A stretch of DNA of 64,000 nt from Azolla caroliniana (lineage: Eukaryota; Plantae; Polypodiophyta), in assembly GCA_043228905.1 (NCBI GenBank), contig JBHGNT010000009.1, positions 10,230,001-10,294,000 on the forward strand, in the 5' to 3' direction. Both the position numbers and the translations under genes were made by a program. Below are positions 11,827 to 25,060 of this stretch, piece after piece. Under the pieces are notes generated by a model. The model did not search any database. It was not told where the DNA came from and saw only the letters and a program-made list of their open reading frames with translations. The number at the start of each line of letters is the position of its first letter. Within the stretch, counting starts at the first letter, position 1.

Positions 11827-13730
11827 TGTTACAAGCATGACCATATAAATCCTATGGTAAGTTTTACCATAGTATTCTATACAAGTGGATAAAGTGTAAG
11901 GGTTAAACGAGAGTGTAAAGAAGGGAAGGATTACTTTTAATCCTTGGGATTGAGACAACCCATTAAGGCCAAGTGTGAACTTGCTTGGGGACCTTAGGTT
12001 TGGCTATAAATATGAGGCCTAGCTACCCTCATTTGATACCTTATCGACTACATCGAGACTTTGTCCTTGTGGTGGATCCAACTCTTGTAGCGAGCGCGCC
12101 AGTACTAGGTACGACTCGATGCCATGGCGGTGGTATGGGAAGCTGATCGAGGCTCGAGTCCGTCTCGATCCCTTCAATTATGTTGTAATGTTTTCATAGA
12201 TTCAATTATGTTGTAGTGGTAACAATTGGTTGTATAAAACGTATACATATGTGTATGAGATCAATACCTCATTTGACATAAATATGTTATGTGATTTGTG
12301 TCGTATACGTACGAGGTTAATACCTCAATTGTGTCTTATGTTCACATCATATGTTACGTATGCGTATGAGGTCAATACCTCAATTGTGTATTACGTTCAC
12401 CCTTATTTTGGATGTTTCGTGTGCATAGAGGCTATATGCCTCAATTACGTATCTCAATTACATCATTCGTTGGCTATGTGATGTTATGAATTTTTTAATA
12501 TATGCATATGTAATCACGTGTATGCATATTTAATCATATACATGTGATAAACATAAATATGTGTATATTAGTGTTTATTATGTGATTTTGTATATCGAAC
12601 GTTGTCCTTTTCGGGGAAAGGATATTGGTGGCCCTCCTCACATTTTTGTGAGAATGGTGTAGTCACCATCCTTTTTCAATAGTCTTTTTTGTTGTCATCC
12701 CCGTTGGTCACTTCGATTTTGCTACGCATTATAACGAAATAATCATAGCCACAATGATGTTGAGAGCGTAGGGCTTGACCCACTTCAAGTGAGGTCGCTC
12801 ATATGACACACATCCAACATCCCTCCCTTGTTACATGGTTATGATGCCACCATGAGATCATCATTACGGAAGGCATTCGTAATGATGTAACCATGTGATG
12901 GGCCACGTGGGCTGATTACGAAAAGGGGGCTCGTGTGGCTTGACCATTAGGTTCTGCTTTGGGGTATGTCATCGTATTGATGAGACTTGAGGTTGGGTAA
13001 TGTACCAACATAGTTTTCTTGTAAATGAGGGCGAAATAAGGTTTCTAGACACATGTTTTCTTTAAAAAAACTTATATGGGAAAATGCCTTCACATATCTC
13101 TCATATGTATAAATATTAAACATTCAAAAGGAGCAAACAATTTGGTTAGCTCAGGTATTTAATGGCTTTGTTCTCAAGGTCTTGAGTTTAAATATGACTA
13201 ATACTATACAACATTATTGATACATAAGACTATAAAATATGTTTGGACTTAGATCTAAGTGCACTTCGGGGTCCTCATAATAGGAGTTAAAGATCCGAAA
13301 CCACATGGGTGGGCACAGAGAGATAGTTTATTGTTAACATTTTTTCATCTATAAACTATTTATGCCGCGAACATACATGGTTGAGCCTCGGGGAGACGCC
13401 ATAAAAAAATCGATATAGAGATCAGGGAAATACATTCATTTGTCACCCCCATGGTTTTTAAAACACCTTTGTGTTACCATAGTAACCTGATCTTGAACCT
13501 CATCTCATACGTCTAGAGGCGTATTGACGTGAGATAGTGATATCAATTAATGTTTGCCCATGATATGTTTACATCAGACATGATGTTATGACTATTTGTT
13601 AGCCCTTATCCTATTTCTTTGCTTGAAATTATCATTCAATGGCTCATAATAACGACCCAATGGCTTTCGCACAAGCGGAAGGAATTCAAGGAAATCCTCC
13701 TAGGCCAATCCCCATTGAGTCATATTTATA
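11827..13730 (+). mobile_element. Truncated second copy of the chromovirus family (partial LTR, 5'UTR, gag start)
   Basis: 11827-12175 is the reverse complement of the 24158/41598 LTR family; 12180-13580 matches 39940-41400 inverted; gag start MAHNNDPMAFAQAEG at ~13639 vs MAQNNDPMSSAQAEG. Confidence 0.88.
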
Positions 13731-14649
13731 TCCTTATCTCAAGCTTACATTAGGATCTAGCTCTAACAAAATGTTTTCCTGAATGACCAATAATTCTTTG
13801 GCCCTTCCCAAAATTCTTCTTCTAAATTTCAGATACGGCTCCGGGCCTCCTCCAACTGTGTGGTCACCTCCGTCAATTGCTCCTTCTATGTGGGCCGACT
13901 GAACAATTCCTTGTTGTGAAAGTGTGTTTAGAATTAAATCCATTGAACATTAGAAGAGTATAAGGCATGGTGCATTCACATTTGGAGGCTAAGAACACGA
14001 ACCAAGACCTTAAGAAGAAGTCAAAAGTAAAAGTTAGAGACATAGAGAAAAGTAAAAAGAGAAAAAGCGGGCCACCCAAAAACAGTCTAAAAGAAATGGT
14101 CATAACTCTTTTGTTTGTCATGCAAATATGGTTTAAAATCTTTGTAAAGAGAGTTTTCTGTATATTTCTAAATGTCTAAATTTGGAGCTCGGATGAGGGA
14201 GATATGACGATTAGAATGTCGTTGTGTGATAAGTGAAAATAGGAGATAGAAAGCTTCTAAAACAGCATGAAAAAATGAGGAAAGAGAAAGAATAAGAAGA
14301 TTATAAAAGGGGGAAGAAGATTATAAGAAGTGAGATGAAGGAGTCTTAGAGGGGGCATGATCTTAGTAATGGGAAGAAGGAAGCATAGTCGAAGGAAGAA
14401 CGAGATTAAGGTAGAATAGTGAAAAACATTTGTCGGTTTGAGTGATTAGAACTAAGAAGTTCTTTGGTTTTTTAGTTCAATATGGTGTTTATTCCCTTTG
14501 TATTGACTTGATTGTGGAATATTATAACATTATTATCTCTTTCTGATCTTCTTGAGTCTCCCTCACTAAATCATAGTTACCTTGGTCTATATAATCTATT
14601 ATAACTCACAACTCCATCTAATTGGTTTGGTCAAGCCCTCATATTGTGT

Positions 14650-15700
14650 ACGACTATCCTTTGTCTTATACACTCTATCACTTGCGTTCCTCTTCCACCC
14701 ATTCAGCTACTCCGACAACTAGCTTTCCCAACCATTCTAATACTTGTCGGTAGGTTCCATGTTGGGCGAGTACAACGAACTACTGCACTACTTCCGGCAA
14801 CTCCCTTTGTGCATTCAACAACAAGCTTTGTATTACCAGTTCCTTTTCTGTTACCAATTTCCGTTTCGGTCTTCCTTGATTCTCTGGCTGATGCTCCTCC
14901 TAATTCGTCTGTTGTTCACTATGACTTGTTTGCGTCGCTTTCTTTGGCTCCGGTTTTGGCTGAACCGTCTCAACCGCTTCTGGTCGTTGTGGTTCTACAC
15001 GCTCCTCTATCCTCGACCCCACCACCGCTGAGTAGGCAATCGGTGTACTGTCCACTTCCGGACCCGATCCATTCCCATGCTGCTCATCCTGATGTTTTCT
15101 AGGACATCTCTAGAGGAGTTTTTCTTCTTCCTCCTCTTTTGCGGTCTCCTCGTGTGCTGTATCTACGAGTTCTTGCTGCTCTTGCTTGGGTTATCTTTCC
15201 TTTGTAGCGGAATCCAAATGGGTTTCGCCGGTGTGGCTGTTTCTTCTCTCCTTGGTTCTGGCACCGGTTCTAATCGGCGGGATGCTTCAGCCACCCATCC
15301 GGGGGTGTGCTTGGCAAGTAGCTGTTGCCGTTTTGATGGTTGTTGGGGTGTTGTCTTTGGCCGGGCCGTCTTCTTTGGCTTGATGATGGGTTGTGGTGGT
15401 GTGAGAATTTTATGCCACTACGTGACTCCGGTCCATGCCTTCTTAACGTCTACAACTGCGGCTATCATTATCCGAAGGGAGTCTGCAACGATTAAGGGTC
15501 AATCCACCCGTAAGGATTCAAAAGATGCGATGATAAAGCCCGCTATGTTCTTTGGCATGGTGAGTGGTCGGGGATGCACAAACTTATTTCATGCAATAGA
15601 ACGTTTTCTCCTCCCTGCATTTGGTATGCTTTGCTTGCAATGGATAACCCCAAAATAATCGGTCAGAATATTTGTGGAGGGATTCTCGATCGACTATAAT
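14650..15700 (-). pseudogene. Degenerate ORF, possibly the N-terminal part of the 10643-11826 accessory ORF
   Basis: Minus frame MPKNIAGFIIASFESLRVD*PLIVADSLR... followed by a P/K/E-rich tract, with in-frame stops. Confidence 0.35.
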
Positions 15701-16039
15701 CCCTATAGTTTATTAATTTTTTAGTTTTCCTATTGTTGTGAGGGTTTCCTTTGAATTCATGATCACAATGCTCCATCTATTTGAATGTTGGTGCAAAACA
15801 TAGGATGGGGAGAATGGTGACATTAAAGGCAATAACATGAGCGCACAAAAACCCCATGTTCCACAATGTGTGCCCAAATTCAAAATTGTATTCCTATATT
15901 TAGTTCCCCATAATAAGTTATCTGTATATTTAAGATTTGTCATTTTAGGTATATGTTAGCAATACTAGTGTTTACATTCCCATGCTTTCACCCCGTAACC
16001 AAACTTTACTTCTTAATTCTCCTCCAAACCATGCAATAT

Positions 16040-18300
16040 CTAATTACTCATTTCCCATTCATGCCTTAGCCTTACTTGTAGGTTGCACAATATACATCTA
16101 TGTGTCATTGTCGAGTTGGGACTATTAGAGTCTACACTAGTATATATGTACTCCCATCTTTATTCTCGCCACATCATTAGGAGTCTAGTTGAAATTTTGT
16201 ATAAAATCTAAATTTCCGTTTCATGGAAAAGAGGTATTTTCCCCTTCTCCTTTTTATGGAGTAGAATAACTCTCTTTTTCTCTCTCTCTTAATGAACCAC
16301 GAAAACCATACACATCAATACATAATAGAGCCCATCCCGTTATCTACCATTCAAACCATTGATTCCATGTGACTTAGCTCACATGCATTGCGATGTGAGA
16401 CAGGGCGTTGCGGCACAAGTGATGAGAGTGGTGGCTATGCACACTTTGCCCTAAATAAGTTTGAGAGTCTAAGTATCACACTTTGATACAATGCGCTGCC
16501 TTTGATCATATTCGACCATGATTTCCACATATCTTCACCAAGCCCAATCCTTGCACGAATTTCTCTCACAACCACAATGTACACTCTCGATTGCAACATT
16601 CACTGGTAAAGTTCTTGAACATTGAGAGTCGCTACTCACTTTCACACGTATCACGTGAAATGTAATATATTTGGTCTCGTAGTTCATATTTTACTTCCGA
16701 AGACGATAATAGAATCTGTCTTTGTCTCTGTCTCTGTCTCTCCCTCTCTAGATGGAATGCAACATGCTTCATGATGCATCACTAGATTGCTTTAAGGCCT
16801 TTTTGCAATGTCAATGTATCATGACATGGGACAAATGTGGAGGCTCACGCGTCACACATTATACTACACATGTTGCACCTAACTACAAAACCACCATATT
16901 CTTCGTGTCCAAAACCATTGTTTAACTTTCCATGAAACTTAGCTCACATGCATTGTGGTGTGAGATAGGTTGTTGGGGCACAAGTGATGAGAGTGGTCGA
17001 CTATGCACACTTTTTCGTAAACAAGTTTGAGAGTCTAAGTATCACACTTTGATACAATGCTCTGCCTTTGATCATGTTCGACCATGCTTTCCACACATCT
17101 TGGACCAGGCCCAATCCTTGCACAAATTTCTCTCACAACCACTATGTGCACCCTCGATTGCAACATTCATTGGTACAATTCTTGAACATCAAGATTCACT
17201 ACACACTTTCACATGTATCATGTGAAATGTAATATTTTTTGTCTCATAGGTCATATTTGACTTCTGAAGATGATAATAGAATCGATCTATCGATCTAACT
17301 ATCTATCTCTCTCTCTCTCTCTCATGTTTGATCATTTCCTAAAACATGTACGAAAGAAAAATGTCCAAATACAACAAATAAAGATATGGCCACACAAGAA
17401 TGAAGAAAGTCTAATGCAAGGATCTATGTGTAAACAAGACACATGGAGAAAGTCCACATAGAAGAATATTGTATGGACCCCCAACATTCCCAACATGCAT
17501 TATGGGAGAAGGATCAAACTATATATACTCGAATCCCATTATTAATCAAATGTTTAAAAAATAAATCTAATATTATGTTCTCTTTTAGATTAAATACATT
17601 ACTTTTTGTGCACAATCTAGAATCCCTAGGCATGCATTTCATTATCCTAAATGTGAACATTCGAGATCCATAATATAGCCATGACTTATAAACATATATG
17701 TCCACCATGTGCTTGCTTTCTTCTTGTTGCATCCCAAGTTTTTTATGATTTCTTCTTATTGGCATGGCTTTAAACAACCTTACAATCAAAACAATTCTCT
17801 TTTTTGTTAAATGTACATAATTTCTGTTGAACAATTTAGATTTTTTAGAAAATGATCTGGGCGCTTTAAACTCATGTAACCATCCCTACATTCTGGTGGT
17901 CATAGTCGATTTGATATTGGCAAGCGTAGTGTAGTAGCACAATCCCCTAAATTGAGAGAGGTCATGATTTTAGTGCACTTTCTAAATGGCAAGCGTATTG
18001 CATCAGCACAATTTCCTAAAATTGAACAAAGCCATCACAACCTCAATTATATATTTGTTCATTAAATAGATTGTTTACCCCATGTGATGGCCTTTGAAGA
18101 ATAGTCACTCCATCTTGCTTTGCAAATCAAAATTGAATGCATGTCAATGGTACAAAAACCTTAAAATAGGGCAAAAACCAAGTGATCAAATAATGGCAAC
18201 ACTCGTGTGGAGGGCAAAGAAATATGGAAGAACTAGACGAAAATGAAAGATATTAGTTGCAAAGAAATATAGAAGAACTAGAAGAAAATGAAAGAGATTC
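16040..18300 (+). repeat. Diverged copy of the GASA upstream region (49080-50185)
   Basis: 16040-16290 aligns by eye to 49080-49335 and 17330-18300 to 49350-50170, in the same orientation. Confidence 0.85.
16350..17300. repeat. Two direct copies of a ~390-bp unit (16352-16740 and 16912-17300) between (CT)n tracts
   Basis: CTTAGCTCACATGCATTG...GAAGAYGATAATAGAATC is repeated; absent from the homologous site at ~49335. Confidence 0.85.
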
Positions 18301-18308
18301 TCTCTCTT

Positions 18309-18351
<43 letters not shown>

Positions 18352-18679
18352 TTTCTTTTATTGTAATTAGGTTACTGTAGTGGTAACTTGATAACATTAG
18401 AAGAATTGTGTCTTAGGTTCGAAACCCAATTTTCTCACCTCTCTATTATATACTTCATCTCTCTCTCTCTCTCTCACCCCTCTCAAATTAAAAATTCATA
18501 TTAGCCCGAAGAGTAAGCCGAGGTTCAAATATAATTATATGATTTCCAAATGTAATGATTTTGTCGAAATCTTTTTCTTAATCGTGAAAATGACAACACA
18601 ATGGATGTTACATGCAATTGTGACTTGAAAGTTCCGGAAATTAAAAATGATATGCATTTGATTCTTGGGTAAAAACATT

Positions 18680-19500
18680 GAATTGGAGCATATGGATGTG
18701 AAGATTCATTTCTTCATGGGGTTCTTGAGAAGGTTTTTATGGAGTAGCCATTGAGTAAGGAAGAAATGGTTCTTTGGTAAAAGAAGAGTTTATATGATTT
18801 GATGCAACCTACTTGACAATGATACTAGAAGTTCAACTTGTTTATGAAGTAAAAGTGATTTCATCACCAGAAGTAAGGAAGAAATGGTTCTTCGGTTGAA
18901 GGAAAGTTTATATGATTTGATGCAAGCTACTCTACAATGATACTAGAAGTTTAACTAATTCATGAAGTAAAAATGATTTCATCGCAACAATGAAGATTCT
19001 TGCTCTGATACGAAGAGATTCAACATAACAAATCCTTGCTCATCATGGGGAAAATCAATGGAGGAAATTTAGATTTTTGAAGCATGAGCTAGGCCAACAA
19101 TTCAAGTGGTGAAGCATGTAGATCACCCAAACTGGGAAAAATCAATGTATTCACTTGCCTAAAGAAGATTGCATCAACAATGTCAAGACTCTAGGGATGT
19201 TTATCCCTACCTAGATAAAAGTAAGCAAGGAACACTGCCAAAGTTTGATTCCACTAAAGAACAAATGGGGAATATGTGTTGGGTGTGGAGGAGTAGCTTC
19301 ATGTGGAATCATGAGTTGAAACAATGCAAAGAAGTCAAAGGCATCGTATGATATATGAGTAATATTAGGAACCAATGCCTTAACTTTGGTTAGGGTGAAT
19401 CCATGGTAAGTAAAGTATTTAGATGTAGACTATGCTAACATGGGAAAATAGCTCCACGTTTGTAGGTAGCGTGCTCTCACGGAGGTGAAGAGTTCAAATA
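18680..19500 (+). pseudogene. Highly decayed Copia RT relic
   Basis: ELEHMDVK..FLHG motif at ~18680-18720; ~120-bp internal tandem duplication at 18755-18985. Confidence 0.6.
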
Positions 19501-19940
19501 TGCCCAAAGGTATCAACAATAGTAGTGAGTGGTTATGCATGTTTAATTATTTTGAGTGTGTACACATGCACATTCTTCTTTGCTTGTTTGTGGGCTTGAA
19601 ATAGGTGTGTATGTGCATTGAACTGTATAAATATTGTACATTTATATAAATGGGTGTATGCAATAATTGTACATAATTACATAAGTCATGTTACAGTATT
19701 TTATTGTACATCGATAAGTGGTTCGTATTATATATGCAATGGTATGAGGGTGGTGCGCATACAAAATTGTGTATGAACGTGTCTATAAAAATCTTATAGT
19801 ATGAACGTGTCTGTAAAATGATGTACGTAAATGTATAATGTCCGTGTATATTAGTGTGTCTGTAGGTATGTATATCATAGATGTGTATATGTGTGTATAA
19901 GTAAGTGAATATGTGTGTTAATGTGTATATGGGTATATGT

Positions 19941-22781
19941 GCGACGTGTCTATTAGCTAGCAAATCATAAATAGGGCCGACGAGGGAATTGCCGCCATGG
20001 ACAATGCAGGTCGCTCAACTAATGGAGTGTGCAATCTGCACCGTCTAATTTGGAATAAAAAAACGTGCAATAAAAAAATCAATGAGAGGTTGCCCAACTC
20101 CGAGTCCTTGGTCGCCCAACCCTATTAGTAGCCACCCAATTGCCTATTGTGGTCATCCAACCTACCTAACATAACGTGGTCACCCAACCTACCTAATGTG
20201 GTCTCCCAAGCTACCTAACATAAGTGGTCACCCAACCCACCAATGAAGTTTGGTCACCCAACCAAATTTAATTGTGGTCACCCAACCGACGTGTGGTCGC
20301 CCAACCCATCAAGTGTTGTGCCTTGCCCAACCAAGCAATTCACGTCGCCCAACCGCATGTATCCCCAGCCAAGTTTGGTCGCCCAACCGACCAAGCAGGT
20401 CACCCAACCGACGTGTACAAAACCCTGAAACCTGTCATTTTCTTGTATTTTTTCAAATGAGATTGTCAAGGTTTTTTGTCGGGAAAGGTTTTCAAGCAGC
20501 CAGTCATCGACTGCATCCATTCACCACATTTGCCATTGCCACCCATTTATTTCGTAAACTTGTATGTATTTTACTTGTTTCAACTTTTTCTGTAAATTGT
20601 TTTTGGTGTAGGTCATATTTTTCATGTTGAGGGTTTAGGGTTTTGCAAGGTTGCTTGCTTTCAGAAAATGTTTAGGGTTTTTCTTGATTATGGATTATTG
20701 GTTATTTAGGTTTTCGGTGGATTTATATTGAGAATCAACCTCAACTTCCCTAGTGTAGGAACACAACTTAGTATATTCAAGTATGTGAACACCCCACCTC
20801 CTAAATATAGTAACTAGTGTGTCATTGAACCTTAAAGGTTCTATCACACGTATATAGTGTAGTTAAGTCTCTACCTCTCTTTAGTAAGTGGTGATTGTAT
20901 AGAGAGAAGGTGACTACATAAAACACCTTTCTCCTACTCCTTGTAACTGGTTGGTTGTCTTACTCTCGTTAATACAGTTGTTTTCTTGTATAACTCTCTC
21001 TCTCTCTCTCTCTCTCTCTGCTACACACACACACACACACACACACACATAAACACACATATCTCTTTTGCTGCACAGAATCATATCCGATTCTTTACAA
21101 TTTATGATTAGTTTTTTTGTGTATCATATTTTTCATGTCAAGGGTTTAGGGTTCAGGAAAATGTTTAGGGTTTTGCACGATCACTTGATTTTAGAAACTG
21201 TTTAGGGTTTTGCTAGATTATTGATTATTTAGGGTTTTGGTTGATTTATGATTAATTTTTTTAGTGTAAATCATATTTTTCATGTCAAGGGGTTAGGGTT
21301 TTGGTTGATTTATGATTAATCTTTTTGGTTTAAATTATATTTTCCATGTCGAGGGTTTAGGGTTCGGGAAAATGTTTAGGGTTTTGCTTGATTATTGATT
21401 TCAGAAAATGTTTAATAGGGTTTTTCTTGATTATTGATCATATAATATTTATTATTTATTATTTATTATTTATTATCTAGGGTTTTGCTTGATTTATGAT
21501 TGTTTCTTTTGCTTGATTTAGGCTTTACCTGATATACTTGATTTTAGATTTATGCTTTTACTTTATTAAAGATAATATTGGGTGTGCTTGAGTACTTATT
21601 TCAAAAAATGTTTGATTTTTATTTACGATTTTGTTCGATTTCTATATGTTTTCTTTTGCTTGAGTTAGGTTTAGATTTTGTTTGATTTTGAATTTTTGCT
21701 TTTGCTTGATCGTGTAGATGACTACCAAGACCAAGTACAAAGAGTCGCTTCTTATGTAAATATGAACCTTTAATGCTTTTTTAGTGTTGGAGGATTAAAT
21801 CTTTGGATTAGGTCATAACATGTGTTTATTTGGTGAAATAGTGGAAAAAGGCGGGCATATCCACTAAAGAGGGTGGTGTGTCAACCAATACACAAAAGAC
21901 ACAACACTCATCCAATGTGTCCACACCACCTAGACAGAGACGACCCAAAATGCAAGTTAGACGGAAGGAGGTGGAGTCGGTGAAAGATGTTGTCCCATTA
22001 ACATGAGATTCAGATGACATCGCACCAAATTTGGCCACGGTAAAAATTGGAAGTGCCAATGCCATCAGATTGTGGATCCAAACACCAGACAAACAGTTTG
22101 TTAGGTTTTTGATTTGGAATATAATTTGTAAACTTTTAGATTTAATGGTCACAGCTTGAGTCAAATTGCATGCATGTTTCTTTGAAACAGGTAACATCTT
22201 ACATGTTGAAGGCTTGATCTCGTCTTTGACGTTGTGGATTAAGATCTTCAGACGATGTGCAAGGATGGAGAAATGGCATCCACATGGACCATGCCATTAT
22301 TCACCATGTGGATGGGGTATACCTCATGTTTTGGTTGGATCTCAAGTTTTTTAAGTCAAGTAGTACTTAATTTTTTGTTGGATCTCAAGTTTTTGTTGTT
22401 CATCTCAAGTTTTTGATGTCAACTAGTACTCAAGTTTTGGTTGAATCTCAAGTTTTTGATGTGTCAAGTTTTTGTTGTTTATCTCAAGTTTTTAAATCAG
22501 GTCACCCAACCTATTCTAGTGGTTGCCCAACCTATTACTCAATTGGCCCAACTTATTATTAGGTTGCCCAACCTATAATCAAGTCACCCAACCTGGAATA
22601 ATCAGAGTTGGGCGATTAGATGTGGTTGGACGACCTCTGGCAACTTTTCTTTTGCGCGTTCTTTTTTATCTAAATCGGACGGTGCTGATCTCATGCGTCA
22701 TCAATTTAGCGACCTACATTGTCTGTGACAACGATTCCCTGACCAATCATATTTATGATTTGGTGGCGGATAGACACGAGC
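19941..22781. mobile_element. Non-autonomous TIR DNA transposon (MULE-like)
   Basis: ~160-bp imperfect TIRs (19941-20100 vs 22620-22781); flanks GTATATGT/ATATATGT; subterminal GTCACCCAACC arrays; no transposase ORF. Confidence 0.75.
20726..21099 (+). mobile_element. Copia solo LTR nested in the TIR element
   Basis: T(A)TTGAGAATCAA...TTCTTTACA termini match the Copia D LTR (51571-52037); perfect TSD ATTTA. Confidence 0.8.
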
Positions 22782-24157
22782 ATATATGTGTGTATAAGTA
22801 AATGAATGTGTGTTTTAATGTGTATATGGGTTTGGGTTTATGTAAATTTTATAAGGATCCAATGAGAACTTTAGGACAAAGGTTCTATTAGTCTACGTGT
22901 AGAATTTGTTGAAAAATGAGGGGTATTTTGGGGAGTGTCAAATTCTCCTATTTTCTCTTGCTCTCCTTCATGCAATTAGACAAACATTTATGACATTCCA
23001 CAAAGGACCTTTAACTTCAAGTAAAAGGGATTGCTTGAATCCAATCCTTCGGGGTTTACCTAAAGGCTTTGACCTTTGGGTAATGGGATTACCCTAAAAT
23101 CTTTGTCTATCCCTCCATGAATATTTTTATTTGATGTGAATGCGAGCGCCGGTTAATTGAAAATTGCGGATGAGGATTCTCAACAATTTGTCTTTTTATT
23201 ATAAAATTCACACTGGTACTCGAAATTCTTAGTAGCAATTTTGGACGTGTTCCTTGCATAATCCTTTAGAGATGGCACATCAACCAACTAGACAACAGAT
23301 CGTTTCAATTTCGTATATTGTGAATTTGGCAACTTTATGTATGATTCTCACTTGGTGCTCAATTTTTAGAGTTGAAAATTTTGTTTAGACTCTTGACGAA
23401 TTTCGAATTATAAGGGTACAATTACAATCGTTTCATCAAAATCATAAATTCTAATACATGAAAGTGAAATTCTTTTTTGCAATTTTCCCCTTCTTATTTG
23501 TACTCTATGCAACATTATAAAGAAACATGAAGGGAAAATTTTTGTTGCCTATATTTAGAGCAACTTGCCAAAATTTAGGAAGCTATTAACAATTAGTATG
23601 GGGCACTGACAAGAATTACATGCATTGAAACCTTGAGTGCTTCTCTTGGCACCACATGTCTCATGTGCACCAAGCTAACAAAAAAACAGTCACCTAACAC
23701 AAACTTTGACACTAGTGATCCAAGAGAGCATACTCCAAGGTGTATATCAAGACAAAATGGTTGTAAACCTTGATGAAGAAGATGTTTGGTGTGTATTACA
23801 TGCAGAACCATACTGATCATGAGATAGGTTTTCTGTAGCTCCCCTAATCTTATGGTGAGCTCCTTGTTGTGAAGTAGGAAGGCTTCATAATGCAAATCCA
23901 CAAAAAGATAAATCCATATTGTGTCATTGTTTTTAGTTTTTAAGATAATGACACAATAGGTGTGGAAGTGTGGGGTTTAAGTACTTGGCATAATGGCTTA
24001 GGCTATATTTGTGGTTAGGAGTGGTCCTTTTTTTGAGATGGGATATGTAAACAAGAAAAAGAAAAAGCTAAATATACGTGAGACACCATGATAAGAATAG
24101 AGAAAGGTATATGAAGCTCCTTCCACAAGAAAAATAGGGGATTACTTGGACTATGTG

Positions 24158-24612
24158 TGTTAGAGACATAGACTAATGTAAGCATTAGATAAGGATAGAA
24201 TATAGATCTAGATAGAGAGGAGAGAGAGAAAGAAGGGTGCCGATCCACCCGACCACCCCCGAGCGAAGGGATCAAGACGGACTCGAGCCTCGATCAGTGT
24301 CCCATACCACCGTCGTGTCGTCGAGTCGTACTTGGTGCTAGTGCGCTCGCTACAAGAGTTGACCCACCACAAGACAGAGTCTCGACGTAGTCCACAAGAT
24401 GATCAAATGAGGGTAGCTAGGCCTCTTATTTATAGCGATACCCAAGGCCCCCAGCCATGTTCACACTTGGCCTGATGGGTTGTCTCAATCCCCAGGATTA
24501 AAAGTAATCCTCCCCTTCTTTACACTCTTGTTTAACCCTCACACTTATCCACGTGTATAGAATACTACGGTAAATTCTCACCACGGGATATTATATGGTC
24601 ATGCCCGTAACA
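24158..24612 (-). repeat. 3' LTR of chromovirus X
   Basis: TGTTAGAGAC...CCCGTAACA direct repeat. Confidence 0.95.
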
Positions 24613-25060
24613 TACACCCCCTCTTTAAAACATTGCACTCTTGCAATGGAAAGTTAGGAAAGTTAGTTCTGAGAGTATTTTCACGTTCCCATGTGGCATC
24701 TTTTATTGATTTATCCATCCATTTTATTTTAAATTCTCGGATTTCTTTAGTATGTAATTTTTTTGTTTTAACATCAAGAATTCTTTCTAGTACATGTGGT
24801 TTAGAAGATAATTCTTCAGAAGTAACCACAGTTTCAGTTGTAGTTGTATTGTCGCCAGAACCTAGAAGTTCTTTTAGACGACTCACATGAAAAAATGGAT
24901 GAATTTCAACACGATCGGGAAGAGCGAAACGATAGGTTGATGACCCAATACGTTTGAGGACTGTAAAAGGTCCACAAAACCGTGGGGCTAACTTAGCGCA
25001 CTTACCCTTAGACAATGTCTTAGAATTGTGAGGTACACGTAAAAATACCTTCTGTCTAGG
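24613..25060 (-). pseudogene. Integrase C-terminus (GPF motif) plus chromodomain of X
   Basis: KLAPRFCGPF, IHPFFHVSRLK and ERILD...FKIKW...DATWE motifs. Confidence 0.9.

Noticed and set aside
20090-20410. Repeat-spacer pattern resembling a CRISPR array
   Set aside because: Repeats are only ~11-14 bp, degenerate and irregularly spaced; eukaryotic context with no cas genes; better explained as subterminal transposon motifs
20630-21490. Interstitial telomere
   Set aside because: TTTAGGG units are isolated within larger degenerate repeats, not tandem
19984-22739. PIF/Harbinger element with GGG ends and 3-bp CGA/TGA TSD
   Set aside because: The inverted repeat extends ~40 bp further out on both sides, so these are not the true termini
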